From a virus, in the IMG/VR virus record IMGVR_UViG_3300028610_002494, positions 1 to 64,000 of that record: a DNA stretch of 64,000 bases; one strand, written 5' to 3'. This document shows positions 1 through 10,472 of this stretch, piece by piece. Position 1 is the first letter of the stretch; each line of letters begins with the position of its first letter. A program made the position numbers and the translations under genes. A model generated the notes under the pieces. That model did not search any database and was not told the origin of the DNA. It was given only the letters and a program-made list of their open reading frames with translations.

Positions 1-1901
1 TTGGGTTTGTAATAGATTTACAAACTGATAATTATACTATTACTGTTGCAGATAGATTCGGAACAAATCTATTCAATAATATTGTTAATCTAAGAGGTTT
101 AAATGAATATAGAATTGATATCACACTATATGAACTTCAAATTAGACATTTAGCAAGAGAGAATAGTAATTTAAGTTTATATGAGACTACAACTCATGGT
201 AGTTTAAATTTCTCAATGTCTCCAAATTCTTTAAAGAGTTTTATATTAGGAAGTTCAATCTATAATATTACTTGGTTAAATAATGAGAATGGAATAACAA
301 CAACCTATAATATAAATTTAAACTTAGATTATATTTTAACATTAAATACTTCTTATTACAATATTTATTTTAGATTGTATGATGTAAATGTTCATATGTT
401 TGATCCTACTCAATATATATTTAGATTAAATGGAACAATCAAAGATTTTGGGTTTGTAATGGATTTACAAACTGATGATTATACCATTACAGTTGTTGAT
501 AGATTTGGGACAAGTCTGTTTAATAATGTTGTTTTTCTAAGAGGTTTAAATGAATATAGAATAGATATTACTTTATATGAATTAGAAATTAACCATTTGG
601 CAACTGAAAATAGTAATTTAACCTTATATGAAACTATAGGTCATAGTGGTTTAAATTTTTCAATGTCACCATATAGTATAATGAGATTTATATTAGGAAG
701 TTCAACCTATAATATTACTTGGATTAATGGAGAAAATGGAATATCAACAGTTTATAATATAAACTTAAATTCAGATTATATTTTAACGTTAAATACTACT
801 TATTATGATGTTTATTTCGGTTTAATTAATCAAAATGAAGTAAGAATAGATAATTCACTATTTTCATTATATATTAATACTACAAGAAAAGATTTTGGAT
901 TTGTGGTATTAGAAACAGATGATGTTCTTATTCTTGTGCAAGATTACTTAAATATAACTGTTTTTAATCAGGTTGTAACACTTAGGAATATTAATGAATA
1001 TGATATTGTAATTACTATATTTGAGTTCCAGATTAGACATTTGGCTTATGAGAATAGTAATATAACATTGTATGAGACAACATCTCATAATTGTTTGAAT
1101 TTCTCTATGGCATCAGATACAATAAATAAATTTATATTAGCAAATTCAACCTATAATATCACATGGGTTAATGGAGAGAATTCAGTTAGTACAATTTATG
1201 ATATAACCTTGGATGAAAACTATATTTTAACTTTAGATACTACATATTATCCAGTCTATTTCAGCTTATTTAATTTTGATGGATTAGGATTAGAACCATA
1301 TTTATTTAAGTTTTATATCAATGGATTAAGAAAAGATTTTGGTTTTAATACCTTAAATCAGAGTATAAATACTTTACAGGTTTTAGACTATTTTAATCAA
1401 ACTTTATTTAATCGTGCTATGAATTTACAAGCATTTACAGAATATAGTATAAGTGTTTCAGTTTGGACAATGAATATATTTAATAATTATTCTTATCCAG
1501 TAAAAATGATAATAGAAAGAAATGAAATTGAAGTGGAACAAATAATAGAATCAGAATTTAGTTTTGAATATAGAATGCTTCCAAATGTTGAATATTTCAT
1601 TCAAATATTCCATTTAAATGGTACTTTATTGGAAACCAGAGATGTAGAATTAGAAGAAAATAATCAACTTGTATCATTCGGATTTTTTGAAATAGAAGTT
1701 CCATATAATCCAGAACCACTTGTTTTTGATTTTACTATATTAATGGCATTTATAGTAATAATTTGTGTTGGTGGATGGATTGTTGTGATATCTTGGGTTT
1801 ATATGAAAAATGAACAAATTGTTATACCCAATGATACAATTATAAGAAATAAGAAAAAGAATAAGAAAAAGAAATCAGGAACATATGATCATCGAGTATA
1901 A
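1..1901 (+). CDS. Large repetitive membrane-anchored surface/virion glycoprotein (5' truncated by window)
   Basis: Frame is open from base 3. It has ~149-aa tandem repeats (GFVIDLQTD at 3, GFVMDLQTD at 450; MSP/MSP/MAS at 216/663/1107), many N-x-S/T sequons, and a C-terminal TM helix followed by a basic tail. Confidence 0.75.
   Translation, partial: GFVIDLQTDNYTITVADRFGTNLFNNIVNLRGLNEYRIDITLYELQIRHLARENSNLSLYETTTHGSLNFSMSPNSLKSFILGSSIYNITWLNNENGITTTYNINLNLDYILTLNTSYYNIYFRLYDVNVHMFDPTQYIFRLNGTIKDFGFVMDLQTDDYTITVVDRFGTSLFNNVVFLRGLNEYRIDITLYELEINHLATENSNLTLYETIGHSGLNFSMSPYSIMRFILGSSTYNITWINGENGISTVYNINLNSDYILTLNTTYYDVYFGLINQNEVRIDNSLFSLYINTTRKDFGFVVLETDDVLILVQDYLNITVFNQVVTLRNINEYDIVITIFEFQIRHLAYENSNITLYETTSHNCLNFSMASDTINKFILANSTYNITWVNGENSVSTIYDITLDENYILTLDTTYYPVYFSLFNFDGLGLEPYLFKFYINGLRKDFGFNTLNQSINTLQVLDYFNQTLFNRAMNLQAFTEYSISVSVWTMNIFNNYSYPVKMIIERNEIEVEQIIESEFSFEYRMLPNVEYFIQIFHLNGTLLETRDVELEENNQLVSFGFFEIEVPYNPEPLVFDFTILMAFIVIICVGGWIVVISWVYMKNEQIVIPNDTIIRNKKKNKKKKSGTYDHRV
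3..1400 (+). repeat. Degenerate intragenic tandem repeat, unit about 444-447 bp
   Basis: tgggtttgtaat.gatttacaaactgat at ~2 and ~449; repeated tataatattacttgg and gagaatagtaat segments. Confidence 0.85.
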
Positions 1902-1920
1902 AAAAAATTAAAAAATATAA

Positions 1921-2664
1921 GTGATAAAAATGAAAAGAAAAGATTCTAAAAGAAGAAGTAATCCAGAACAAGGTTATTGGAAGGAATCTGTACATACACC
2001 ATTAAGTTATTGGTTTCTTGTAATTGCAATAGGAATAGAATTTGTTTTAGGGTTTAGAAATATTTCAACCTTATTTGGGATATTATGTATTCTTGAAGGA
2101 GTGTTTGGAATAATTGGATTGTTATTTTTGGATATGATGCATGGTACAAAATCTAAGAGTTTTATATATCCAGATAAATTCAAGAAAGTACATCCTGAAT
2201 TATTTATAAGGTTTGCAATCACGTTTGGTGTTATTGTTGTTATTCAGATTGTGTTTCAGATTATTCCATTAATTACAACTACTGAATTAGCACTTGCAAT
2301 CGTATTTTGTAGTGTTATAGAAGAATATTTTTTCAGAGGGATATTATTAGAATCAGCATTTAAGTCTGCAAGAAGAGCAAAATCAGATCAGAAGTTTACA
2401 GTTTGGAAATATAGTGCCAAAAAAAAGAAAGCACCTAAAGAAATAACCTATGTTGAATTATTAGCTATATTACTTTCTGCTGTTATATTTGCTTCATTTC
2501 ATATAAACTACTATGGGAATCCCAATTTATTATTGACAGTGTTTATGGGTGGATTGTGGTTATCAGCAGTGTATTGGTGGAACAAAGATTTAACAGCAGT
2601 GATTTTAGCTCACTTCATGCTCAACATCATCTTTGTTTACCAATTTTGGAGAGTTATGTTATAA
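1921..2664 (+). CDS. CPBP/Abi family (type II CAAX-like) intramembrane protease
   Basis: EEYFFRG, FASFH and HFMLN motifs in a polytopic membrane protein; ATG at 1930 is the likely start. Confidence 0.88.
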   Translation: MIKMKRKDSKRRSNPEQGYWKESVHTPLSYWFLVIAIGIEFVLGFRNISTLFGILCILEGVFGIIGLLFLDMMHGTKSKSFIYPDKFKKVHPELFIRFAITFGVIVVIQIVFQIIPLITTTELALAIVFCSVIEEYFFRGILLESAFKSARRAKSDQKFTVWKYSAKKKKAPKEITYVELLAILLSAVIFASFHINYYGNPNLLLTVFMGGLWLSAVYWWNKDLTAVILAHFMLNIIFVYQFWRVML

Positions 2665-3455
2665 TGCCAAAAGGAATATATAAAAGAACAGAAAAAAATA
2701 AAGGACAAATCCCTTGGAATAAAGGATTAACTAAGGAAACTGATGAAAGAGTTAAAAAATATGGTGAAAAAGTTTCAAAAGGAAGATTAAAAAGAAAACA
2801 AAAGTTAGGGTATCTAAATTCACCAGAAGCAAGAAGAAGACAAGGAAAAGCAATAAGTGGTATAAATAATCCAAATTATGGTAAATTTGGAGAAAAAAAT
2901 CATAATTATGGTAAACATCATTCAGAAGAAACTAAAGAGAAAATGTCGGAATCAAGAAAAGGTATATATGTTGGAGAAAAAGCACCAATGTATGGTAAAA
3001 AATTTTCAGAAGAACATAAAAGAAAAATAGGTGAAGCTCAGTTAGGAAAGTTAAATCATAATTGGAATCCAAATCGTTTAGAAGTCTATGCACCTTATGG
3101 TGAAAACTTTTATAATAATGTTTTGAGAGATGAAAAATGGAAACTACAAAAAGGAAGGGATATGCTTACTGGAACTAAATTAAATATTAATAAACGAATA
3201 GATTATCATCATATTAATTATGATAAATCTAATGATGATCCTAACAACCATTGTTTTTTAAGTAGTAATAATCATATGAGAATTACAGGATATCAATCAA
3301 ATCCTATAAAATCAGAAAGATATAAAAAAATATTACAAGAAAATACATTGGCTTTAAAAAATGGAGAAATACCGAAAAATTGGAGTCAAATTAATAAAGA
3401 ATTATTTAGACAAGAGAAATTAAAACAATTAGATTTAAGTTCATATATAATATAA
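2664..3455 (+). CDS. NUMOD3-repeat HNH-type homing endonuclease
   Basis: PWNKGLTKETDERV, HSEETKEKMS and FSEEHKRKI NUMOD3-like repeats; HHINYDKSN...NH HNH core; likely start MPKG at 2664; C-terminal QLDLSSYI PIP-like peptide. Confidence 0.82.
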   Translation: MPKGIYKRTEKNKGQIPWNKGLTKETDERVKKYGEKVSKGRLKRKQKLGYLNSPEARRRQGKAISGINNPNYGKFGEKNHNYGKHHSEETKEKMSESRKGIYVGEKAPMYGKKFSEEHKRKIGEAQLGKLNHNWNPNRLEVYAPYGENFYNNVLRDEKWKLQKGRDMLTGTKLNINKRIDYHHINYDKSNDDPNNHCFLSSNNHMRITGYQSNPIKSERYKKILQENTLALKNGEIPKNWSQINKELFRQEKLKQLDLSSYII

Positions 3456-3467
3456 AAAGGTTATGAA

Positions 3468-3971
3468 ATGAATATAGATATGAGAAATAAAATAAACATT
3501 ATAGGAATTGGTTCAATATCTACACTTTTGATATTACTTATGATCGAAACTTTATTTTTTCAAATAATTTCAGACACACTCATTAATAATATCAACGATA
3601 ATTTGATGTTATTAATAATAGTAGTTGGATTATTTATATTTACAATTATAATTAGTATCATTGTAGGTTATTTTGTTACACAAGATATCAGTAGAGGTTC
3701 AGTGTTTAGAGCATCTATAATGAGTCTTGAGTGTTTAATTATGTTTTTATTTATTGTATCAAATATTTCATTATTTTTTACTTATAGAAATATGTATTCA
3801 GGATTAACTGGAAATAGATCATTTTTAATTTTACCTTTATTTCCACAAGTTCTTATAAACTTTGGAATATATATTCTGAGTGAGATTTTTTATTTATTCA
3901 TACTGATAATTGTGGTATATTACTTGTTTTTTGTACTTTTCTTAGAAAAATTATTTATTACAAAATATTAA
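3468..3971 (+). CDS. Polytopic membrane protein
   Basis: About four hydrophobic helices. Confidence 0.6.
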   Translation: MNIDMRNKINIIGIGSISTLLILLMIETLFFQIISDTLINNINDNLMLLIIVVGLFIFTIIISIIVGYFVTQDISRGSVFRASIMSLECLIMFLFIVSNISLFFTYRNMYSGLTGNRSFLILPLFPQVLINFGIYILSEIFYLFILIIVVYYLFFVLFLEKLFITKY

Positions 3972-3987
3972 AAAAAGGTAAATTAAA

Positions 3988-4275
3988 ATGGATCAACAAA
4001 AAAAATCTAAAAGAAAAAAAACTAAAAAGTATATTAAGAATATGAGTTTGTTTTCGATTGCTTTAATGTCTGGTTTATTTACATTAATCATAAGCTTTAT
4101 ATTTATGGTTGTGTATTGGACTGGAGAACAACTTGGAGTTGCACCAGTTATAACACTTGGTACATTAGATTGGCTTACTTATGGAGAAGGAATTATTATA
4201 TATGTGGTTTTGTTATCATCAAGTGTTTTCTTTGGATCATTCATTATTTTATATTGGTTAAGAAAATATGGTTAA
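3988..4275 (+). CDS. Small two-TM protein (possible virion structural protein)
   Basis: Basic N-terminus followed by two hydrophobic segments; aaggtaaa RBS. Confidence 0.55.
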   Translation: MDQQKKSKRKKTKKYIKNMSLFSIALMSGLFTLIISFIFMVVYWTGEQLGVAPVITLGTLDWLTYGEGIIIYVVLLSSSVFFGSFIILYWLRKYG

Positions 4276-4287
4276 AATTAGATAAAA

Positions 4288-4983
4288 ATGAAAGAATTTA
4301 AACATGGTGGGATATTAATAATTCTCAGTATTCCAATCCTCATAATTTCAGCTATGTTTGTAATTAGGGAAATAGAAAATACACAAACTATTTATTATTA
4401 TGATTTTGAGGATGATAAGACAGGTTCTTATCCAAAAGGATTTATAGGAGTATTAAGAGATACAGATTACACTCGTGTGGTGTATTTTGATGAAATACAT
4501 AAGAATGTAGTTGAAATAAATTATTTTGAAGAACCATCATATAATCCTGTTATTGGTGGTGGACTTGAATTTAATACCATTTTTAGATTAACTAAAAGAG
4601 GAATAATAGAATTTGATATTTATATTATATATAATAAAAGAATTAATATTGATATTTGTCAAACAGATGGAGAATATGATATTATTGATGATATTGTTAT
4701 TAGGATGCCATTCTCATCTACACAACATCATATAGCAATAATGAATGAAGAAGGAGTATATGAAGAAATAAAATCTTTTAGTATATCCAGATGGTATAAA
4801 TTTAAGATTGAGTTTGATGTTGATATTGGATGGGCATTATGGATTGATGGTGCATTACAATCAAGTAGAATAGGGTTTTATCAGGATCCTCCATATATGT
4901 GTCAATTATATTTTGCCACATATGAATTAGGACAGGTTTTTTATGTTGATAATATAATGATAAATATATTAGAGGAATATTAA
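4288..4983 (+). CDS. Membrane-anchored LamG/concanavalin A-like beta-sandwich protein
   Basis: N-terminal TM; YDFEDD...G.IEFD...WYKFKIEFD...LWIDG...FYVDNI pattern. Confidence 0.6.
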   Translation: MKEFKHGGILIILSIPILIISAMFVIREIENTQTIYYYDFEDDKTGSYPKGFIGVLRDTDYTRVVYFDEIHKNVVEINYFEEPSYNPVIGGGLEFNTIFRLTKRGIIEFDIYIIYNKRINIDICQTDGEYDIIDDIVIRMPFSSTQHHIAIMNEEGVYEEIKSFSISRWYKFKIEFDVDIGWALWIDGALQSSRIGFYQDPPYMCQLYFATYELGQVFYVDNIMINILEEY

Positions 4984-5910
4984 ATGGCAAAAAAGGGTTA
5001 TATTAAAAAAAAGGATATTCAACAAAAAAAGAGATTATTAATTATTACTATAATTATATTTACTATTTGTTTTTCTATGTTTTCATATATATGGTATCAA
5101 ACAAATAAACCAATATTTATATCTAATTATGTAGAAGATACATTTGAAGATCAAATTTTAGGAGTATTTCCTGTAGGTTGGTTTTCAATTGTAAATCCAT
5201 TTAATGTTAGAGTGGTTTTAGATGGAGATAATAAAGTTATGGAAATAAATAGTGCAGGTTCTGAAGATGTTACAGAAATTCAGAAAAAATTCAAGAAAAC
5301 TACTGAAGGAATTATTCAATGCAAAATAAAAATACAAGATACAAATACACGATTTGTAATTCATCTTACTCAATTAGATCGAGAATATGATCCATTCGAT
5401 GATATTATTATAGCATTTCTGGAAGCTGGAATTTATGTAGTTGGAGAGGAAAATCTTATTACTTTAGACGATGATCTATCTTTTTGGGAGAGAATAATAT
5501 TATTAAATGATGATACATCATGGGCTATTGATGAGCAGAGTTTGGAGGATTCTGTTCCTTTAATGAGATATGAAGTAAACTTTTGGTATTCAATAAAAAT
5601 AGAGTTCAACAGAGAAAGATTTTTATTAACTATAAATGAAGTCCTTTTAGGAGCATTTAATTATCCACGATATAATTCACCATATTTAACAAGTTTATAT
5701 TTTGTTTCATTTGCAACACAATATGATTTCAAATTTTATGTAGATGATGTTAAAATAACATTATCAAATCCAGTTGATTATATTCATCCATTAAACATTT
5801 TTGGTATATTTTTAATGGTATTTTTATTAAGTATAATTATATTATGTATATTATGTTATTTTAAATTTTCCAAATTAAAGAGAAAAACTACAACTAAAAA
5901 AAGGAAATAA
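4984..5910 (+). CDS. Membrane-anchored LamG-like protein, paralog of 4288..4983
   Basis: DTFED..G.FP.GW, WYSIKIEF and FYVDDV match the upstream gene; TM helices at both ends. Confidence 0.6.
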   Translation: MAKKGYIKKKDIQQKKRLLIITIIIFTICFSMFSYIWYQTNKPIFISNYVEDTFEDQILGVFPVGWFSIVNPFNVRVVLDGDNKVMEINSAGSEDVTEIQKKFKKTTEGIIQCKIKIQDTNTRFVIHLTQLDREYDPFDDIIIAFLEAGIYVVGEENLITLDDDLSFWERIILLNDDTSWAIDEQSLEDSVPLMRYEVNFWYSIKIEFNRERFLLTINEVLLGAFNYPRYNSPYLTSLYFVSFATQYDFKFYVDDVKITLSNPVDYIHPLNIFGIFLMVFLLSIIILCILCYFKFSKLKRKTTTKKRK

Positions 5911-5912
5911 AA

Positions 5913-6044
5913 ATGGCAAAAAAGAATAAAGAACCACTTAAAAAAACAAACAGAATAGTTTGGATAATTGTAGGATTACTTACTGGATTTACATTAATTT
6001 TGGCAATTAGAATCCTTATTAATATTCAAGATTATTTTCCATAA
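5913..6044 (+). CDS. 43-aa single-TM microprotein (not in ORF track)
   Basis: MAKKNKEPLKKTNRIVWIIVGLLTGFTLILAIRILINIQDYFP; fills the gap between neighbours. Confidence 0.6.
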   Translation: MAKKNKEPLKKTNRIVWIIVGLLTGFTLILAIRILINIQDYFP

Positions 6045-6060
6045 AAAAAGGTAAATTAAA

Positions 6061-7374
6061 ATGAATAATAAATTATTAAGAACAAAAAGGAAGATGATCA
6101 TCTTCTTAAAACGAAATCATTATCTTATTTCGTGTGTTTTAGTGATATTACTTATAACAGCAGTAGTATGTGTATGTTTGTCTCCTTTTGTTTATCAATA
6201 CATAACATATGAAGGTGATATTAGTGATGATGATGTTGGTGGAGACAGGACTTATTATTATGATTTAGTAGAATATACAGATCGGATTTATGTTCATAAG
6301 GATGGTTCTGGAACAACAGGAGAATCATGGGAAACTGCTTATTCTACTATTAATGCTGCTTATGCTGCGACTTCTTCGGATCTTGATGATAAAACCTTGA
6401 TTTTTGTTGGTCTTGGTACTTTTGATGTTAATATTGCTGGACAATTAGATATAACTAAAAACGTTAATATAATTGGTTCAGGAAGAGAAGGAACAACTTT
6501 TATGAATTCTCATATTTCAGCTGATTTTGTTTTTAGTGTATCTCGATATTTCAAGATTGAACATTGTGAAGTATTTTATAATCAATCCTGTGGTGGAATT
6601 AATGTTCAAGATACTTCTGATTCTCATTTAATACATATAAATTTTATGACTGAAGTTAATCATACTGGAACTCCAGAAGCTTTATATTTAGATGGTGGAG
6701 GACATGGTGAATTTGAAGATCTTCATTTTGATGGGTTGAATACAACTTCAACAGCTATTAATATTTCAAATAGTGATCATAATACTTTTTGGGATATAGA
6801 GGTATATGAATATAATAATACAGGAATTCATATTTGTAATAATTCTAATAATAATTTATTTAAAGATATTCATATTTTTGAAACAGATATTGGACTTAAT
6901 ATTGATTCTGGATATAATCAACACTTTATGGATTTAATGTTCTTTGGTTGTGCTACTAATGTTGATGATGAAATAGGAAATTCATATTGGTATGATATTA
7001 TAACTGATGTTGAAGAGGCAATTACAGCACCAAATGATTTAACTGGTGTTGTAGTAAATACAGATGCTTTAGGAGATACTTATGGTATAGATACATTAAT
7101 TTATGATGCTTCAGCTTCAGATCGACCATATTATATTGTAGCAATGATGTTTGAACCAAATGTAAAAGAAAGATATGGTTTAAGACTAACAGATGATGGT
7201 GGAACAACTTATTTCTATGAGACTGTTATAGAAGCAAAAAATATAGATGAAGTTAATAGATTAACAATAGAATTTCCAAGAGTATTTAATGCTCATAGTC
7301 AAATCCATTGTTCTGTTATGTCAGAAAGTGGTGGAGATCATATGGATAATTGGTTAGAAATAGTTTTAATTTAA
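6061..7374 (+). CDS. Membrane-anchored right-handed beta-helix (pectate lyase-like) protein, putative adhesin/depolymerase
   Basis: IYVHKDGSGTTGESWETAYSTINAA cap motif, Asn-ladder repeats (GIHI..NSNNN.F), N-terminal TM. Confidence 0.7.
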   Translation: MNNKLLRTKRKMIIFLKRNHYLISCVLVILLITAVVCVCLSPFVYQYITYEGDISDDDVGGDRTYYYDLVEYTDRIYVHKDGSGTTGESWETAYSTINAAYAATSSDLDDKTLIFVGLGTFDVNIAGQLDITKNVNIIGSGREGTTFMNSHISADFVFSVSRYFKIEHCEVFYNQSCGGINVQDTSDSHLIHINFMTEVNHTGTPEALYLDGGGHGEFEDLHFDGLNTTSTAINISNSDHNTFWDIEVYEYNNTGIHICNNSNNNLFKDIHIFETDIGLNIDSGYNQHFMDLMFFGCATNVDDEIGNSYWYDIITDVEEAITAPNDLTGVVVNTDALGDTYGIDTLIYDASASDRPYYIVAMMFEPNVKERYGLRLTDDGGTTYFYETVIEAKNIDEVNRLTIEFPRVFNAHSQIHCSVMSESGGDHMDNWLEIVLI

Positions 7375-7431
7375 ATTAAAATAATAAATATTAAAAACAA
7401 GTAAAATAATTAAAAATTAAGGTAAAATAAG

Positions 7432-7686
7432 ATGAATAATAAAAAATTGAATATAATTATAGTTTGTAAAAATTTAATCGCTGTAGGGATAATTATGTTG
7501 ATAATTTCAGTGGTTTTTTTATTTAGGTTTAATATAGGTTTTACAATTTTTGAAAATATAGAAGATATAATTTTATTATCAATGATATTTATTTGGTTAA
7601 TTAGTGTAATCATAGTCATAATTATAATACTCTCTATAATTCTATTGATTATTTATAAAAGAAAAGAGGTTGAAATAGAAGAATGA
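7432..7686 (+). CDS. Small two-TM membrane protein
   Basis: Two hydrophobic segments. Confidence 0.5.
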   Translation: MNNKKLNIIIVCKNLIAVGIIMLIISVVFLFRFNIGFTIFENIEDIILLSMIFIWLISVIIVIIIILSIILLIIYKRKEVEIEE

Positions 7687-8264
7687 AAAGAAAAGATGAG
7701 TCAAAAAGAGCACGTGGAATGCATAAATCAAAAACACAAAAACAAACTCAAACAACAGAAAGAGTGACAGGTGATGCTTTATTTTATTTTATTACACATA
7801 ATATTATTTCAGTTGCGTTCTTTTTCTTTTTTACAATAGGATTAGAAGTATATGAAATAGCAGATATGCCAATCATTTCATTATTTTCAATAGATTTTAT
7901 GGTTGATTTTTGGAATATGGTTATTTTTGATGTGTTTCTTTTTTCAGTATTTAGTAGTATTATTGGAAGAATTTTGGCATTTGGTATTATGAAATTATAT
8001 TTTTATCTTAGAAATAAGAAACGAAGAAGACAAAAAACAATGAAAATATGGTCAGAATTAAATTCAGGTATAAATAGATTTAATTTGATGGTATTTTTAA
8101 TAACAGCATTTTTAACTTCAATAATTTATAGTTTAGGAGTCATTGCAACACTTAATAATAATATTTTTGATGAATCATCATTAATTACGTTAATAGTTGT
8201 ATATGCAATGTTCAAAATAAGTATTTATTTTGTAGTTAGATGGATTACAAAAGCAAAAACATAA
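7683..8264 (+). CDS. Four-TM membrane protein
   Basis: Hydrophobic helices with basic loops. Confidence 0.55.
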   Translation: MKRKDESKRARGMHKSKTQKQTQTTERVTGDALFYFITHNIISVAFFFFFTIGLEVYEIADMPIISLFSIDFMVDFWNMVIFDVFLFSVFSSIIGRILAFGIMKLYFYLRNKKRRRQKTMKIWSELNSGINRFNLMVFLITAFLTSIIYSLGVIATLNNNIFDESSLITLIVVYAMFKISIYFVVRWITKAKT

Positions 8265-8280
8265 GAAGAGGAATAAAAAA

Positions 8281-8556
8281 ATGAAATTTAAAACAAAATT
8301 TAAAAAAAAAATGAAGAAGTACAAGTGGATTTTTATCTTAATAATCTCTGTAGTTATTGCGATGTATATTTATGGTATGGCAAATCATTATTATCCTGAA
8401 CCAGTTCATATAGGATTTGGACATTATATGGATATATCAACAGGAGTCACAATAATTGGTTTGTTAATCTCAGCTTTTGTTCTTACTATAATTTTTAAGG
8501 AAGAAAAGAAAGTAGTAAGAAAAGAAGAATATCAAGCAATAAAAAAGAAGAGATAA
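8281..8556 (+). CDS. Small two-TM membrane protein
   Basis: Two TMs with basic termini. Confidence 0.55.
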   Translation: MKFKTKFKKKMKKYKWIFILIISVVIAMYIYGMANHYYPEPVHIGFGHYMDISTGVTIIGLLISAFVLTIIFKEEKKVVRKEEYQAIKKKR

Positions 8557-8644
8557 TTGAGACAATTATTATAAATCCATCATTGGAAAATAAGGAAAAA
8601 TCAAGATATAAAAAGTAAAAAAATTAAAAAAGAGAAAAAATAAA

Positions 8645-9436
8645 ATGGGTATTTTAAGAAATTTACGGTATAGACTTAGAGGAAGAGAATTTTGGAGACA
8701 ATTGAATAGATCACTTTTTATAGGTATTTATTCATTGTTAATAATTAGTGTGTTAGTATTTCCACAATATATTTTATGGATATTACTTGGTGTGGTTATT
8801 TTCTTACCATCATACATAGCTTTTTTCATTAATCATTTAAGAGAAATGGAAAAAAAGAAGAAAGGAAATAAAGTTTTAGGTGGTTGGATTGAGCATGAAC
8901 ATGGTTTAGGTGAACCATTTTATTTATATGCTGACCAGATATTACCAGTAGATCGATTATCTAAAACTGATCTTGCTGCAGTAGATGCATATGTTGATAT
9001 GATTATGAGACGTACAGAGGAACAAATTATGATTGAAGTTGGTGAAAAATCATCTGAAACACCAAGACATCTTCTAACATATGAACAATTCAAAGAAATT
9101 GAAAAAGAAGAAAAGGAGAGAATAGACAAAGAATGGGAGATATGGAAGGAACATAGAGATAAACAAAGAAATGAGATTATAGGAATGAACAATATTGAAG
9201 AAGAATCTGAGAAAACAATTCAAACAAAAGAAGAAGATATTATTAGTATTGATATAGAAAAGGAGATACAACAATATGAAGAAGAAACAGGTGAAAAAGC
9301 AGTATATCATAATAGACCAACAATCAAATTTGGTAGTTGGTTAGAAAAAAAAATTAATCCTAAAATGGATAAACTTAAAATAAAAAATAAGGTTATAAAA
9401 AATAATAAAGATGGTGATACAGATGGTAAAAAATAA
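8645..9436 (+). CDS. Membrane protein with charged cytoplasmic domain and YEEETG...W motif
   Basis: Two N-terminal TMs, coiled-coil, QYEEETGEKAVYHNRPTIKFGSWL. Confidence 0.55.
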   Translation: MGILRNLRYRLRGREFWRQLNRSLFIGIYSLLIISVLVFPQYILWILLGVVIFLPSYIAFFINHLREMEKKKKGNKVLGGWIEHEHGLGEPFYLYADQILPVDRLSKTDLAAVDAYVDMIMRRTEEQIMIEVGEKSSETPRHLLTYEQFKEIEKEEKERIDKEWEIWKEHRDKQRNEIIGMNNIEEESEKTIQTKEEDIISIDIEKEIQQYEEETGEKAVYHNRPTIKFGSWLEKKINPKMDKLKIKNKVIKNNKDGDTDGKK

Positions 9437-10472
9437 GAAAATAAGAAAGAGGGCAATTAGAAGAATACAGGAAAGAATTGATAGAATACAAGAAAGAAAA
9501 AAAGAAGAAGAAGAAGTATTGGTGAAAAGAACAGAAGCAGAAGAAGAACGATTGGATTATTGTGGATTTGTTTTATCAAGAAAGTTCAAATATCTCAAAT
9601 TAATGGCAGCATCCAGAGAAGAAACTGCTGAAATAGAAGGAAGAGAAGTTCATGGTTTTGCACAGAGAACATTTCCTGATTATCATTGGTTAATGGCAAA
9701 TACAGTATTAGATCGTGCTTGTTTTTTTGCTTTACAAGATTATCAACCAGTAATATATAATTATATTAAAGATTTTGATTTTCCAAAAATGGAAAGAAGT
9801 TTGGTTATTTTTCCTGAAGAAATTCGTTTTGACCATTATTCACAATTTAATTTTAAGAGAATAATCATTTACTCAGATGAACCATTAGAGAAGGATTTAA
9901 CTTGGATATATAATTTTGATTGGGTTGATGAAGCAGGTTATGATACCACTGTGACATATGCACCATGTAATCTTTTGAATATGGGTTCTCCATTGCATGA
10001 TTTACCTGTTGCTGTGGTTAAAGATGCACTTGGAAAAAGTAAAATGTTTTTTAAGGCAAAAACAACAGCTGAAAAGCTTACAGAACAACGAGATGAAACA
10101 ATTAGGAACCAAATATTCAAGCTCAGACAAAAGGAAAAGTTGATGGATGAAGAAATTGAAGAATTAAAAATTGAGTCTGCAGCTGCAAGAAAAAAGTATT
10201 CTGATTTAAAATTCAAGATGTTGAGTAGAGATCCATCAACCAGTGATCAGAAATTTAGACGTTGGGAAGAAGAATATGATAAAAGTCAAGAAAGAAAAAC
10301 GAGATCAACAATCAATTATAAAAAGGTTTTTATAGCTGTTGTAATAGCTGTTTTTATGCTTTTTATGGTATTTTTACTTATGAATTTTTTTATGCCATCT
10401 AAACCAATAATACCAGATGATATTCCAAATGTTGTTAGTCCATTATTAAATTTAATTAAAAAAGGTTGTTGA
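9411..10472 (+). CDS. Coiled-coil protein with C-terminal TM anchor
   Basis: Coiled-coil segments and a terminal hydrophobic helix. Confidence 0.55.
   Translation: MVIQMVKNKKIRKRAIRRIQERIDRIQERKKEEEEVLVKRTEAEEERLDYCGFVLSRKFKYLKLMAASREETAEIEGREVHGFAQRTFPDYHWLMANTVLDRACFFALQDYQPVIYNYIKDFDFPKMERSLVIFPEEIRFDHYSQFNFKRIIIYSDEPLEKDLTWIYNFDWVDEAGYDTTVTYAPCNLLNMGSPLHDLPVAVVKDALGKSKMFFKAKTTAEKLTEQRDETIRNQIFKLRQKEKLMDEEIEELKIESAAARKKYSDLKFKMLSRDPSTSDQKFRRWEEEYDKSQERKTRSTINYKKVFIAVVIAVFMLFMVFLLMNFFMPSKPIIPDDIPNVVSPLLNLIKKGC

Noticed and set aside
4116-4301. 61-aa + strand ORF
   Set aside because: Out-of-frame overlap with 3988..4275.
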